Part shown: positions 19,691 through 28,518 of the stretch, in pieces
Numbering within the stretch: position 1 is the first letter of the stretch
Layout: the number at the start of each line of letters is the position of its first letter
Assembly (NCBI GenBank): GCA_964542785.1
Contig: CAZIUK010000001.1
Location: 442,862-506,861, forward strand
Source: an uncultured Planctomycetales bacterium
GTDB lineage: Bacteria; Omnitrophota; Gorgyraeia; Gygaellales; Profunditerraquicolaceae
Length of the DNA: 64,000 nt
Direction of reading: 5' to 3'
Position numbers and translations under genes: made by a program
The notes under the pieces: model-generated
Seen by the model: the letters and a program-made list of their open reading frames with translations, nothing else
The model's database searches: none
What the model was told of the DNA's origin: nothing

Positions 19691-20469
19691 CAAAAGAAAA
19701 AGACATCCTTTTTTTAACTCTCGTTGCCTTTGCTTTAATTATTCTAATTCTAGTTTCAATTCCTTTAACCAGAAAACCCAAAGAAAAAATTATTCCCCCA
19801 AAGAAAGCCTATTTAGGTAGGATAGCTATTGTTTTAGATGATTGGGGTTATAATTTAAATAACATTCCTCTCTTAGAACAAATAAACTTGCCTTTGACAG
19901 TATCGGTATTACCAAATCTTGCCTACTCAAAAAAAATCTCTAAAGATTTAAGTGCCCGGGGTTTTGAAATCATCCTGCATCTGCCTATGGAGCCAGAGGG
20001 GAAAAATGCAATGGAGAAAGATACAATTAAAACTTCCATGCAAGAAAAAGAGATTCAAGAGATTATTTTAAAGAGTTTTGCTTCTGTAGAAAACGTAAAG
20101 GGCGTGAATAACCATATGGGCTCTAAAGCCACAAGTAGCATAAAGACTGTAGAGATAGTTTTTAAAGAACTTAAAAAACGTAACCTTTTCTTTTTAGATA
20201 GCTATGTTATATCCACCTCTAAATGCCTTGGTGTAGCTAGAAGGCATGGTTTGCGTTTTGCTAAAAGAGATATTTTTATTGACAATAAAAATGAATTAGA
20301 ATACATAAAAAAGCAGATTCAGTTGCTTAAGGCTGAGGCTAAAAAGAATGGTTATGCCATCGGTATTGGGCATGACCGAAAGAATACTATTGTAGCCTTA
20401 AAAGAAGAGATGCCTAAGATTGAAAGAGAAGGTTACAGGTTTGTTTTTGTTTCGGAGTTAGTAAAATGA
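19687..20469 (+). CDS. Divergent polysaccharide deacetylase family protein (YibQ-like)
   Basis: An N-terminal TM helix and a YibQ-like core (IAIVLDDWGYN…ILHLPMEP…NNHMGS). Follows ctpA, as in envC/ctpA-yibQ arrangements. Confidence 0.7.
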   Translation: MTKEKDILFLTLVAFALIILILVSIPLTRKPKEKIIPPKKAYLGRIAIVLDDWGYNLNNIPLLEQINLPLTVSVLPNLAYSKKISKDLSARGFEIILHLPMEPEGKNAMEKDTIKTSMQEKEIQEIILKSFASVENVKGVNNHMGSKATSSIKTVEIVFKELKKRNLFFLDSYVISTSKCLGVARRHGLRFAKRDIFIDNKNELEYIKKQIQLLKAEAKKNGYAIGIGHDRKNTIVALKEEMPKIEREGYRFVFVSELVK

Positions 20470-21470
20470 TAGTCTTGGGGATTGAGACTTCTTGTGACGA
20501 GACTTCTGCTGCTGTAGTAAGTAACGGCAGTGAGGTTTTATCTAATGAGGTAGCTTCCAGCATAAAATTTCATAGTAAATACGGAGGAGTTATCCCTGAG
20601 ATTGCCTCGCGTATGCAGCTTGAGACTATATCAGAGGTAGTAACAATTGCCTTAAAAGAAGCACGTGTTAAATTAAAGGATATAGAGTTGATTAGCGTAA
20701 CCTCTGGTCCCGGATTATTAGGCTCGCTTTTGGTAGGTATTTCGTTTGCCAAGGCCCTTAGTTTAAGCTTGAAGATACCTCTTTTAGGGGTAAACCATGT
20801 ACACAGCCACTTTTACGCTAATTTCTTAAATCAAAGAAAGAATAACATCAAATTTCCCTTTATTTCATTAGTTGCCTCAGGCGGGCATACGAGTCTTTTT
20901 TATATCCAAGATTTTGATAAAATATATACTTTGGGGCAAACTTATGATGATGCTTGCGGAGAGGCGTTTGATAAGGTAGCTAAGATTTTAGGGTTGGGAT
21001 ATCCGGGAGGGCCTGAGATTGAGCGATTTGCTTTAAAGGGAGATCCAAAAAGCATAAAGTTTAACTGCTCTAGGACTAAAGGGGAGTTTGATTTTAGTTT
21101 TAGTGGAATTAAAACTGCAGCTTTAAATTATTTGGATAGAAATACTTCTAAAAAAAGGAAGAAGAAAGACGTTTTGATAAAAGATATTTGCGCTTCTTTT
21201 CAAGACACAATTATTGATACTTTAATAAAAAAATCCTTTCTTGCCTGTAGGCTTAAAAAGTCACGGATTTTGCTTTTAGGGGGAGGGGTTGTAGCCAATA
21301 AGAGACTTAGGGAGAAATTCCTTAAGGCAGCTGAAAATAATGGCTTAACCTGCTATTTTCCTCCATTGGCTTATTCTATGGATAATGCGGCGATGATAGC
21401 AGGGTTAGGGTATCAACTGTTTAAAAAAGGAAAATCTTCTGATTTATATTTAAATACGGATTTAAGTTAA
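20466..21470 (+). CDS. tsaD: tRNA N6-adenosine threonylcarbamoyltransferase
   Basis: MIVLGIETSCDETSAAVV and HxxxH-like metal motifs (HVHSHFY), ASGGHTSL, GGVVANKRLRE. Confidence 0.9.
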   Translation: MIVLGIETSCDETSAAVVSNGSEVLSNEVASSIKFHSKYGGVIPEIASRMQLETISEVVTIALKEARVKLKDIELISVTSGPGLLGSLLVGISFAKALSLSLKIPLLGVNHVHSHFYANFLNQRKNNIKFPFISLVASGGHTSLFYIQDFDKIYTLGQTYDDACGEAFDKVAKILGLGYPGGPEIERFALKGDPKSIKFNCSRTKGEFDFSFSGIKTAALNYLDRNTSKKRKKKDVLIKDICASFQDTIIDTLIKKSFLACRLKKSRILLLGGGVVANKRLREKFLKAAENNGLTCYFPPLAYSMDNAAMIAGLGYQLFKKGKSSDLYLNTDLS

Positions 21471-21483
21471 AATATAAATAAAA

Positions 21484-21512
21484 TTGACATCCTTGCATCT
21501 TTTTGATATATA
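21484..21512 (+). promoter_or_regulatory. Sigma70 promoter with extended -10, upstream of the bactofilin gene
   Basis: TTGACA (21484-21489), a 17-nt spacer ending in TG, then aTATATA at 21506-21512. RBS AAAGGAGG at 21586 and ATG at 21601. Confidence 0.5.
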
Positions 21513-21600
21513 TATAGAAAGACAAAGTTTCTGTTCTAATTAACTTTTGATTGGTTAAAAAAAGGAAGCTCAAATAATAAAAAACTTAAAGGAGGTAAGG

Positions 21601-22104
21601 ATGGCTTTTAAGAAAAAAGCAGAAGTAAAGGTTTTAGATGTTGATGCCTCCATGCAAGGCACTTTAAGCTTTAAAGATCCGGTTAATTTAAGGATTAACG
21701 GAAATTTTGAGGGTAATCTTGAAGCAAAGGGCAATTTAATTGTAGGGCAAACTGCCACTGTAAATGCAAATATCATAGGAGATAATATTATTATAGGGGG
21801 GAAAGTGAAGGGTAAGGTTACTGCTAAAGAGAGGCTTACCCTTTTACCTTCGGCTGTGATTGAAGGGGATATATACCCTGTAAAATTAAACATAGCTGAA
21901 GGAGCTGTTTTTGAGGGTAAATGTTCCATGCTGCATGATTTTCTTAATGCCAATGAGCTTGCCAGGTACCTTGAGGTTGATTTAAAATCCATTATGGAAT
22001 GGGCTAATGCCGGAAGAGTCCCCGGGCACAGGGAAGGGGATGAATGGAAGTTTGAGAGAAAGGCTATTGATTCTTGGGTTGCTTCGGGTAAAATAGAAAA
22101 ATAA
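21601..22104 (+). CDS. Bactofilin-domain protein fused to a C-terminal excisionase-type (HTH_17-like) helix-turn-helix domain
   Basis: Residues ~10-115 have the glycine/valine-rich beta-helical bactofilin repeats (NLIVGQTATVNANIIGDNIIIGGKVKGKV…VIEGDIYPVKLNIAEGAVFEGK). Residues ~116-167 (NELARYLEVDLKSIMEWANAGRVPGHREGDEWKFERKAIDSWV) resemble an excisionase/MerR-type HTH. Confidence 0.7.
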   Translation: MAFKKKAEVKVLDVDASMQGTLSFKDPVNLRINGNFEGNLEAKGNLIVGQTATVNANIIGDNIIIGGKVKGKVTAKERLTLLPSAVIEGDIYPVKLNIAEGAVFEGKCSMLHDFLNANELARYLEVDLKSIMEWANAGRVPGHREGDEWKFERKAIDSWVASGKIEK

Positions 22105-22116
22105 AAATAAGGCTAT

Positions 22117-22431
22117 ATGAGCGAAGAGAAACTTTTGACTGTAAGGGAAGTATCCATACTTTTAAATATATCAGAAAAAGAAGTTATGGACCTTGCTCAA
22201 GCCGGTTTAATTCCAGCTTATAAAGTAGGAGGCGTTTTTTTAAGGTTTAAAAAGGAGCAGATTCAAGAATACCGAAAATCATCCTTCTCTTCTTCAGTTA
22301 AAAATAAAGAGCCCCCCGAGAAGCCGGATTCTTTGAAAGAAAGAATAGACGATTTCATCTATTTTTATGATTTTTACATCTTTTCAGGGATTTTCATTCT
22401 CTTACTATTGATAATAATATTTAAGGTATAA
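22117..22431 (+). CDS. Small protein with an N-terminal HTH_17-like domain and a C-terminal tail-anchor transmembrane helix
   Basis: LTVREVSILLNISEKEVMDLAQAGLIPAYKVGGVFLRFKKEQIQEY is an excisionase-type HTH, paralogous to the C-terminus of the preceding bactofilin. The C-terminus FIYFYDFYIFSGIFILLLLIIIFKV is a hydrophobic TM segment. Confidence 0.6.
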   Translation: MSEEKLLTVREVSILLNISEKEVMDLAQAGLIPAYKVGGVFLRFKKEQIQEYRKSSFSSSVKNKEPPEKPDSLKERIDDFIYFYDFYIFSGIFILLLLIIIFKV

Positions 22432-22459
22432 TCATTTTTAATTAATACCTAGAATTGCT

Positions 22460-23788
22460 ATGGCTTTATCAGGTTTAGATATTTATAAACTTCTACCAAA
22501 GACCAATTGTCGTAAGTGCGGCTTTGCTACCTGCCTTGCCTTTGCTATGCAATTAGTTAAAAAATCAACAACTATAGATAAATGTCCTTATATAAGCAAA
22601 GAATCTAAGGATATAATTGAATCGCAGTCAGAGCCACCTATAAAAACAGTTGCCTTTAAAAAAAAGGATTGCGGCTTTCAAGTAGGAGGTGAGACTGTTC
22701 TTTTTCGCCACGAAGAGAAGTTTCGTAATCCCTGCGCTTTAGGTTTTATTTTAGAGGACTCCTTAACAGATAATGAAATAAAGAACAGGGTTGAAAAAAT
22801 AAATGGCTTGAAATTTGAGCGCGTCGGACAACCCCTAAAACCTAATATCATAGTAGTAGAACAAAAAGGAGGCGCCCAAAGGTTTATTGAGGTAGTCAGG
22901 TTAGTTTCGGATATAGCAGAACTTGCCTTAGGAGTAATATTTAAAGACTTAAAAGCCCTTGAAGGATCTTTAACTTATTTAAAAGATAAAAAACCGTTAG
23001 TTTATTATAACGGAAAAGAAAATTTAACTGAAATAGCAAAGACAATCAAGGATATAGAAGCCTCTTTGGTAGTTTCTGCCGGTTCTTTAGATACCCTATC
23101 AGACTTAGTCGGAGAGCTTAATAAATCCGGACATAAGGATATAGTATTAGAGATTAAGGGAGGCTCTATCTCTGATAATATATGGAATTTAACTCAAGCC
23201 AGAAGGCTTGCGCTTAAAAAGAATCATCGCTCTTTAGGGTTTCCTTTTTTAGTAAGGGTTTCGGCGAAGTCGCCTTACGAGGAAGCAATGGAGGCAGCTA
23301 CTTATATTGCAAAGTATGCCAGCATTGTTTTAATCAGTGATTTTAGCGTATTTGAAGTATTGCCTCTGCTTACCTTGCGTCAAAATATTTATACCGATCC
23401 GCAAAAACCATTGCAGATAGAGCCTAAGGTTTATTCTGTAGGCGTTGTTAGTGATAAATCCCCGGTGTTAATTACCACAAACTTTTCTCTTTCTTATTTT
23501 ACAGTTTTAGGGGAAGTTGAGGCAAGTAAAGTCCCTTCGTATATCGTAAGCGTCGATACCGAGGGAATGTCTGTATTAACTGCTTGGGCAGCAGAAAAAT
23601 TTACCCCTAAGAGAATAGCCGATTCTCTTGAAAAATACAAAGTAAGGGAACTAATCTCGCATAACCGTTTGATTATCCCCGGTTATGTTTCTGTAATAAG
23701 TGGAGATTTAAAGGATGCTTCAGGTTTTAATATAACTGTAGGGCCAAAAGAAGCTGCAGGCATACCTTCTTTTCTTAGAAATCTATAA
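22460..23788 (+). CDS. acsC: Corrinoid iron-sulfur protein, large subunit (AcsC/CdhE)
   Basis: N-terminal [4Fe-4S] motif C-x2-C-x4-C-x16-C (NCRKCGFATCLAFAMQL…DKCPY); its size and TIM-barrel-like remainder match AcsC. Confidence 0.8.
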   Translation: MALSGLDIYKLLPKTNCRKCGFATCLAFAMQLVKKSTTIDKCPYISKESKDIIESQSEPPIKTVAFKKKDCGFQVGGETVLFRHEEKFRNPCALGFILEDSLTDNEIKNRVEKINGLKFERVGQPLKPNIIVVEQKGGAQRFIEVVRLVSDIAELALGVIFKDLKALEGSLTYLKDKKPLVYYNGKENLTEIAKTIKDIEASLVVSAGSLDTLSDLVGELNKSGHKDIVLEIKGGSISDNIWNLTQARRLALKKNHRSLGFPFLVRVSAKSPYEEAMEAATYIAKYASIVLISDFSVFEVLPLLTLRQNIYTDPQKPLQIEPKVYSVGVVSDKSPVLITTNFSLSYFTVLGEVEASKVPSYIVSVDTEGMSVLTAWAAEKFTPKRIADSLEKYKVRELISHNRLIIPGYVSVISGDLKDASGFNITVGPKEAAGIPSFLRNL

Positions 23789-23799
23789 ATATATCCGTA

Positions 23800-25392
23800 A
23801 TGAAAAAATATAAAGTGACATTTTATCCTTACAATAAAAGCGTTGAGGTTTTAGAAGGGGTAACGATACTCTCTGCTGCTTTAACAGGCGGCATATACAT
23901 CAACTCAATTTGTGCAGGGGATGGGTTGTGCGGAAAATGTAAGGTTTTTGTAAGAAAAGCTTCGGGGAAGAAGAGTTGCTTAGCATGTCAGACCATCGTA
24001 GATAGTAACTTAGATATTGATATTCCTTTAGAATCTAGATTAGATAGCCCAGAATTAGAAAACAACCTTTTCCAATTATCTGATAGCTATGTGAGCAGTA
24101 CCTATATTTCAGGAAATTTTGGGTTTGCTGTGGATATAGGGACGACTACGATTTCAGCTGAAATAATCAATATTGATGAAAAGAGTTCTTTAGGGGTTAA
24201 AACAAGTTATAATAGGCAGGCTTCTTTTGGTGCGGATATAATTACGCGTATAATATACGCCACAGAAAGTAATGGGTTAGATAAACTTCAAAAGGCAGTT
24301 GTTTTAACAATTAACCAATTAATACAGGCTTTGGCTTTAGAGAATAAGGTCAATATTAAAGATGTTGGTTTTATGGTTTGCGCAGGGAATACTACAATGA
24401 TTCATCTTTTGCTTAAAAAGAACCCTGCCTATATACGTAAAGACTCATTTGATCCTCTTAAAGACAATCCTCTCTCTTTAAAGGCTAAGGAGATAGGTAT
24501 AGATATCAGTCCTTCTGGAGTTATTTATTGTATTCCGGCAGTAGCTAGCTATGTAGGAGGGGATACTGTTGCTGGAATACTATCTAGCGGGCTTTACATG
24601 AAAAGTAGCCTAGGTATGCTTATAGATATAGGGACTAACGGAGAGATAGCCTTAGGCAATGAGGAGTTTATTGTTTCTTCTGCTGCCTCTGCAGGCCCTG
24701 CTTTTGAGGGTAGCGGTTTAAAAAATGGAATGCGTGCTTTGCCAGGGGCAATAGAAAAGATAATAATAAATCCGAAAAATTTATCTATTGATTATAGAGT
24801 TATTGGGGGGACGCAACCATTAGGAATCTGCGGGTCAGGATATATAAGTCTCTTGTGCAATATGCTTACTTGTGGAATAATTAATAAGGGTGGGAAAATT
24901 ATCAAAGAGGGTAAGAGAATAAGGAATTCTGACTTTGGTAAGGAATTTGTAGTATGCCCTAAAGAAAACTCATTGACTAAAGAAGATATAACGGTTACTG
25001 AGGCTGATTTAGATAATTTAAAACGCGCTAAAGCAGCTATATACTCTGCTGCATCCATACTCTTAAAATATATGGATCTTAAGATAGCTGACTTAGAGAA
25101 TATTTTCATCTCAGGAGGATTTGGAACGTCTTTGGATATTGATAGTGCTATAGCAATAGGACTTTTGCCAAATGCCGATAGAAGCATCTTTTCTTTTTTA
25201 GGTAATAGCGCTTTAGCCGGGGCTAAAGAAGCACTACTGTCAGCTGAAAAACTAAAGAAAACCGGAGAATTAGCACGCCAGATAACTTATTTTGACCTTT
25301 CTACTGATACAAAATATATGAATGAATACACAGCAGCACTATTTTTCCCTCATACTGATTTAGCAAGGTTTCCCAGTATAAAAAACAATTGA
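23800..25392 (+). CDS. Reductive activator of corrinoid Fe-S protein (RACo; 2Fe-2S ferredoxin plus ASKHA ATPase domain)
   Basis: N-terminal plant-type ferredoxin fold (VTFYPYNKSVEV…CAGDGLCGKCKV…C..C) followed by an ASKHA-like ATPase region (FAVDIGTTTI…DIGTNGEIAL…GGFGTSL). Sits between acsC and acsD, like orf7 of the Moorella acs operon. Confidence 0.7.
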   Translation: MKKYKVTFYPYNKSVEVLEGVTILSAALTGGIYINSICAGDGLCGKCKVFVRKASGKKSCLACQTIVDSNLDIDIPLESRLDSPELENNLFQLSDSYVSSTYISGNFGFAVDIGTTTISAEIINIDEKSSLGVKTSYNRQASFGADIITRIIYATESNGLDKLQKAVVLTINQLIQALALENKVNIKDVGFMVCAGNTTMIHLLLKKNPAYIRKDSFDPLKDNPLSLKAKEIGIDISPSGVIYCIPAVASYVGGDTVAGILSSGLYMKSSLGMLIDIGTNGEIALGNEEFIVSSAASAGPAFEGSGLKNGMRALPGAIEKIIINPKNLSIDYRVIGGTQPLGICGSGYISLLCNMLTCGIINKGGKIIKEGKRIRNSDFGKEFVVCPKENSLTKEDITVTEADLDNLKRAKAAIYSAASILLKYMDLKIADLENIFISGGFGTSLDIDSAIAIGLLPNADRSIFSFLGNSALAGAKEALLSAEKLKKTGELARQITYFDLSTDTKYMNEYTAALFFPHTDLARFPSIKNN

Positions 25393-25434
25393 TTAAGATA
25401 AATTTATTGCTAAAATGAAGTTTATGGGAGTAAT

Positions 25435-26391
25435 ATGGCGATTCAATTAATACAGGAAAAATGGAGCGGTTCTGTTTCTGAAATAACTATCGGGGCAACT
25501 AAAGAAGAAGGGGGTAGCCGCGCCTTTAAGGTTAAAATAGGAGGGGAGCGCTCTTTGCCTTTTCTTTTTAAGGAAGGTGTTATCCCTAATAAACCATACC
25601 CTGTTTTTGAAGTATGGGATATTTATCCGAAGGATTGGCCGAAAGAGTTAATTAGGATTTTTGGTGATGTTTTATCTGACCCCTTTTTGTGGGCAGATAA
25701 ATGCATTAAAGAATATAATGCTAAGATCATTTGCTTAAGACTAAAAGGCGCACATCCTGAACTTGGGAATAAAGACCTTTCAGAAGAAGTTAGTCTTATT
25801 AAAGGTTTCTTAAGCAAATTTGATTTGCCTTTGATCATTCTTGGTTGCGGAGACGATGAAAAAGATAATTTCCTTTTACCTGCCTGTAGCGAGGCAGCAA
25901 AAAATGAACGGTGTTTAATCGGTAACGCAACCCAAAATAACTATAAGGCAGTAACAGCAGGCGTATTGGCAGGAGGCCACAGCCTTATTGCAGAATCGCC
26001 TATTGATATTAATATCGCTAAACAGCTTAATATCCTAATTTCAGATATGGGGATGCCTTTAGAGAGAATAGTTATTGACCCTACCATAGGTGCTTTAGGG
26101 TATGGCTTAGAATATGCTTATTCTATTATGGAAAGGGCGCGTTTAGCTGCTTTGTCAGGAGACAAGACTCTCTTTAGTCCATTTCTTTGTTTAGTAGGTC
26201 AAGAGGCATGGAGAGCAAAAGAAGCAAAAGTAGAGGATTTAAGACAGGGAATAATGTGGGAGATTCTAACTGCCCTTGCTTTAGTACAAGCAGGAGCTAA
26301 TCTATTGGTAATGCGCCACCCTATAGCAGTAAAAGAAATTGAAAAGTATATAAATAGCCTCTTTTTTAAGGGTATTTTCAAGGGAGAATAA
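25435..26391 (+). CDS. acsD: Corrinoid iron-sulfur protein, small subunit (AcsD/CdhD)
   Basis: A 318-aa protein whose TIM-barrel-like sequence and position between RACo and acsE fit the CFeSP small subunit. Confidence 0.7.
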   Translation: MAIQLIQEKWSGSVSEITIGATKEEGGSRAFKVKIGGERSLPFLFKEGVIPNKPYPVFEVWDIYPKDWPKELIRIFGDVLSDPFLWADKCIKEYNAKIICLRLKGAHPELGNKDLSEEVSLIKGFLSKFDLPLIILGCGDDEKDNFLLPACSEAAKNERCLIGNATQNNYKAVTAGVLAGGHSLIAESPIDINIAKQLNILISDMGMPLERIVIDPTIGALGYGLEYAYSIMERARLAALSGDKTLFSPFLCLVGQEAWRAKEAKVEDLRQGIMWEILTALALVQAGANLLVMRHPIAVKEIEKYINSLFFKGIFKGE

Positions 26392-26393
26392 GG

Positions 26394-27182
26394 ATGCTTA
26401 TTATCGGAGAATTAATCAATGGGATGTATGGAAAGATAGGTAAGGCTGTGGCCGAAAAAGACAAACAAGTTATTCAAGACTCTGCCTTAAGCCAGATTAA
26501 AGCCGGAGCAGGCGCATTAGATGTAAATTGCGGCCCTGCTTCAAAAGACCCAATTGTAGATACCCTTTGGTTAATTAAAACTATTCAAGAAGTTACCGAT
26601 AAACCTATTTGCATTGATTCAAGCAAAGTAGAGGTCATTGAAGAGGCGCTTAAACTAGTTAAAGAAAATGCAATTATAAATTCTACTACAGCGGATACAG
26701 ATAAACTTAACCAGTTAGTACCCTTGGCTAAAGAAAAAAATGCTAAGTTAATAGCCCTGACTATAAGCGCAGACGGGATACCTCAAACTAAAGACCAACG
26801 TTTAGAATTAGCAGCTCAGATAGTTTCTTATTGTATTGAAAATAATTTCTCTGTGGATGAATTATACCTTGACCCGATAGTTATGCCGGTTAATATAGCG
26901 CAAGGGCAAGAAAAGGATATATTGGAATCTATCAAAGAGTTTAAACTAATCGCAGACCCAGCCCCTAAAACTATAATAGGCTTAAGTAATGTTTCTCAGG
27001 GTGCACTAAACAGGCCAATAATCAACCGTACTTTTTTAGCTATGGCCATGGCTTTTGGTTTAGACGCAGCAATACTAGATCCTTTAGATAGTGAATTGAT
27101 GGATACGGCGATAACTACTGATTTAATCTTAAATAAGCATATTTATTGCGATAATTTTCTAGAAGCATACAGGAAGCGGTAA
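26394..27182 (+). CDS. acsE: Methyltetrahydrofolate:corrinoid/iron-sulfur protein methyltransferase (AcsE)
   Basis: A 262-aa protein nearly co-linear with Moorella AcsE as I recall it (MLIIGE(R/L)INGM…NSTT/NAE…DPAPKT(V/I)LGLSNVSQ…RP(L/I)INRTFLAMAMA.GLDAAI.D); pterin-binding barrel. Confidence 0.85.
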   Translation: MLIIGELINGMYGKIGKAVAEKDKQVIQDSALSQIKAGAGALDVNCGPASKDPIVDTLWLIKTIQEVTDKPICIDSSKVEVIEEALKLVKENAIINSTTADTDKLNQLVPLAKEKNAKLIALTISADGIPQTKDQRLELAAQIVSYCIENNFSVDELYLDPIVMPVNIAQGQEKDILESIKEFKLIADPAPKTIIGLSNVSQGALNRPIINRTFLAMAMAFGLDAAILDPLDSELMDTAITTDLILNKHIYCDNFLEAYRKR

Positions 27183-27292
27183 AAAATAGGGTTTTATCAA
27201 TAGTTATTAGAGGCATCGCTTATTTTTTCTTTGTAAAAGTAGTGGCTGCAGGCTATGCTCTCTATTTATAAAAAAAGTTTTTTTAATATTTT

Positions 27293-27366
27293 GGCGGCGT
27301 AACTCAGCCTGATAGAGTAGTCGGCTCATACCCGATTTGTCACTGGTTTAAATCCAGTCGCCGCCA
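27293..27366 (+). tRNA. tRNA with CAT anticodon (elongator Met or lysidine-modified Ile2); not an initiator
   Basis: Cloverleaf: acceptor GGCGGCG/CGCCGCC, D-stem ACTC/GAGT, anticodon stem GTCGG/CCGAT with loop CTCATAC, T-stem ACTGG/CCAGT with loop TTTAAAT. The paired 1:72 position rules out an initiator. The D-loop lacks the second G and the T-loop has T56, which implies an A19:U56 pair replacing G19:C56. Confidence 0.8.
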
Positions 27367-27436
27367 CTAATTTAATGGTACTCGATAACATTCCTGCCTT
27401 TATTAATGCCGATACAAAAATCCTCTTTTTTGCCTT

Positions 27437-28420
27437 ATGTTGTTAGATGATTTAAAGATTACAAAAAAAATAGAAGAGACTATTAAGAGATATAATTTAA
27501 TTAAACCCCAAGAGAAAGTAATCCTTGGTGTCTCCGGAGGGGCTGATTCAGTAGCATTAGCCCATATCTTAAACCATCTTAAAAAACCTTTAGAATTTAA
27601 GCTATATATAGCCCATTTAGATCATGCCTTAAGGGATGTTTCAAAAAAAGAAGCAATTTTTGTAAAAGATTTAGCCAAAAGATTAAATGTGCCGTTTGTC
27701 TTAAAACGTGTAGATATTAAAAAGCTTCCTGAGAAACTCTCTATAGAAGAAAAGGCTAGAAACGCACGATTTAGATTTTTCTTAACTTTAGCAAAAAAGA
27801 TTAATGCCGATAAAATAGCTACCGCCCATAATTTTAATGATCAAGCAGAAACGGTATTGATGCGACTTATCAGAGGCACGGGCTTGCAGGGATTATCAGG
27901 AATAATGCCTATAAGAGAAATAGACGGTATAAGCGTCATTCGACCTTTACTTATGATAAAGCGAGAAGAGATTGAAAATTTCTTAAAAATAAAAAAAATC
28001 AAATTTTGTGTAGATAAATCTAATCGTAGCAAACTTTATTTTAGAAATAAAATAAGACATTCCTTACTCCCATATTTAGAAAAGGATTATAATAAAAATA
28101 TTAAAGAAGCCCTTTTTAATTTTGGGCTAAACGCAGGAAGCGATTATGATTATCTTAAATGCTCCATGCAGCATCTTCTTAAAGGCAATAAAACAAGGTT
28201 GAACCTAAAATCTCTTTATAGTCTTCATTCTTCAGCTTTACGTTTTAAGATAAGGGAAGCCATAAGGGTGTTACAAGGGGATACCCGTAGAATAACCTTT
28301 AAACATATTCAAGAAGTTGAAGATTTAATTTTTACCCGTCCAGTCGAATCCATCGTCGATTTACCTAAGGGCTTATCGGTAAAAAAGAAGAAAAAAAACC
28401 TGCTTTTTTATTTAAGATAA
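27437..28420 (+). CDS. tilS: tRNA(Ile)-lysidine synthetase
   Basis: PP-loop motif VILGVSGGADSVAL, TilS-like middle region, and a C-terminal tRNA-binding domain. Confidence 0.9.
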   Translation: MLLDDLKITKKIEETIKRYNLIKPQEKVILGVSGGADSVALAHILNHLKKPLEFKLYIAHLDHALRDVSKKEAIFVKDLAKRLNVPFVLKRVDIKKLPEKLSIEEKARNARFRFFLTLAKKINADKIATAHNFNDQAETVLMRLIRGTGLQGLSGIMPIREIDGISVIRPLLMIKREEIENFLKIKKIKFCVDKSNRSKLYFRNKIRHSLLPYLEKDYNKNIKEALFNFGLNAGSDYDYLKCSMQHLLKGNKTRLNLKSLYSLHSSALRFKIREAIRVLQGDTRRITFKHIQEVEDLIFTRPVESIVDLPKGLSVKKKKKNLLFYLR

Positions 28421-28444
28421 TTATATAAAAATTTTGATAAACGC

Positions 28445-28473
28445 TTGATTTTACAGTTATTTAAATATATAAT
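28445..28473 (+). promoter_or_regulatory. Sigma70-like promoter upstream of ftsH
   Basis: TTGATT (28445-28450), a 17-nt spacer, then TATAAT (28468-28473). Confidence 0.4.
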
Positions 28474-28518
28474 ATTTTCTTAAATTCATTATAATATTAT
28501 TTTATAGAAAGGATAGAG

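Noticed and set aside
21570-21992. 140-aa minus-strand ORF
   Set aside because: Shadow ORF opposite the bactofilin gene; it has no start context and is a low-complexity translation.
27293-27366. Initiator tRNA-fMet assignment for the CAT tRNA
   Set aside because: Position 1:72 is a G:C pair, whereas bacterial initiators have a C1 x A72 mismatch. The anticodon stem also lacks the three consecutive G:C pairs of initiators.
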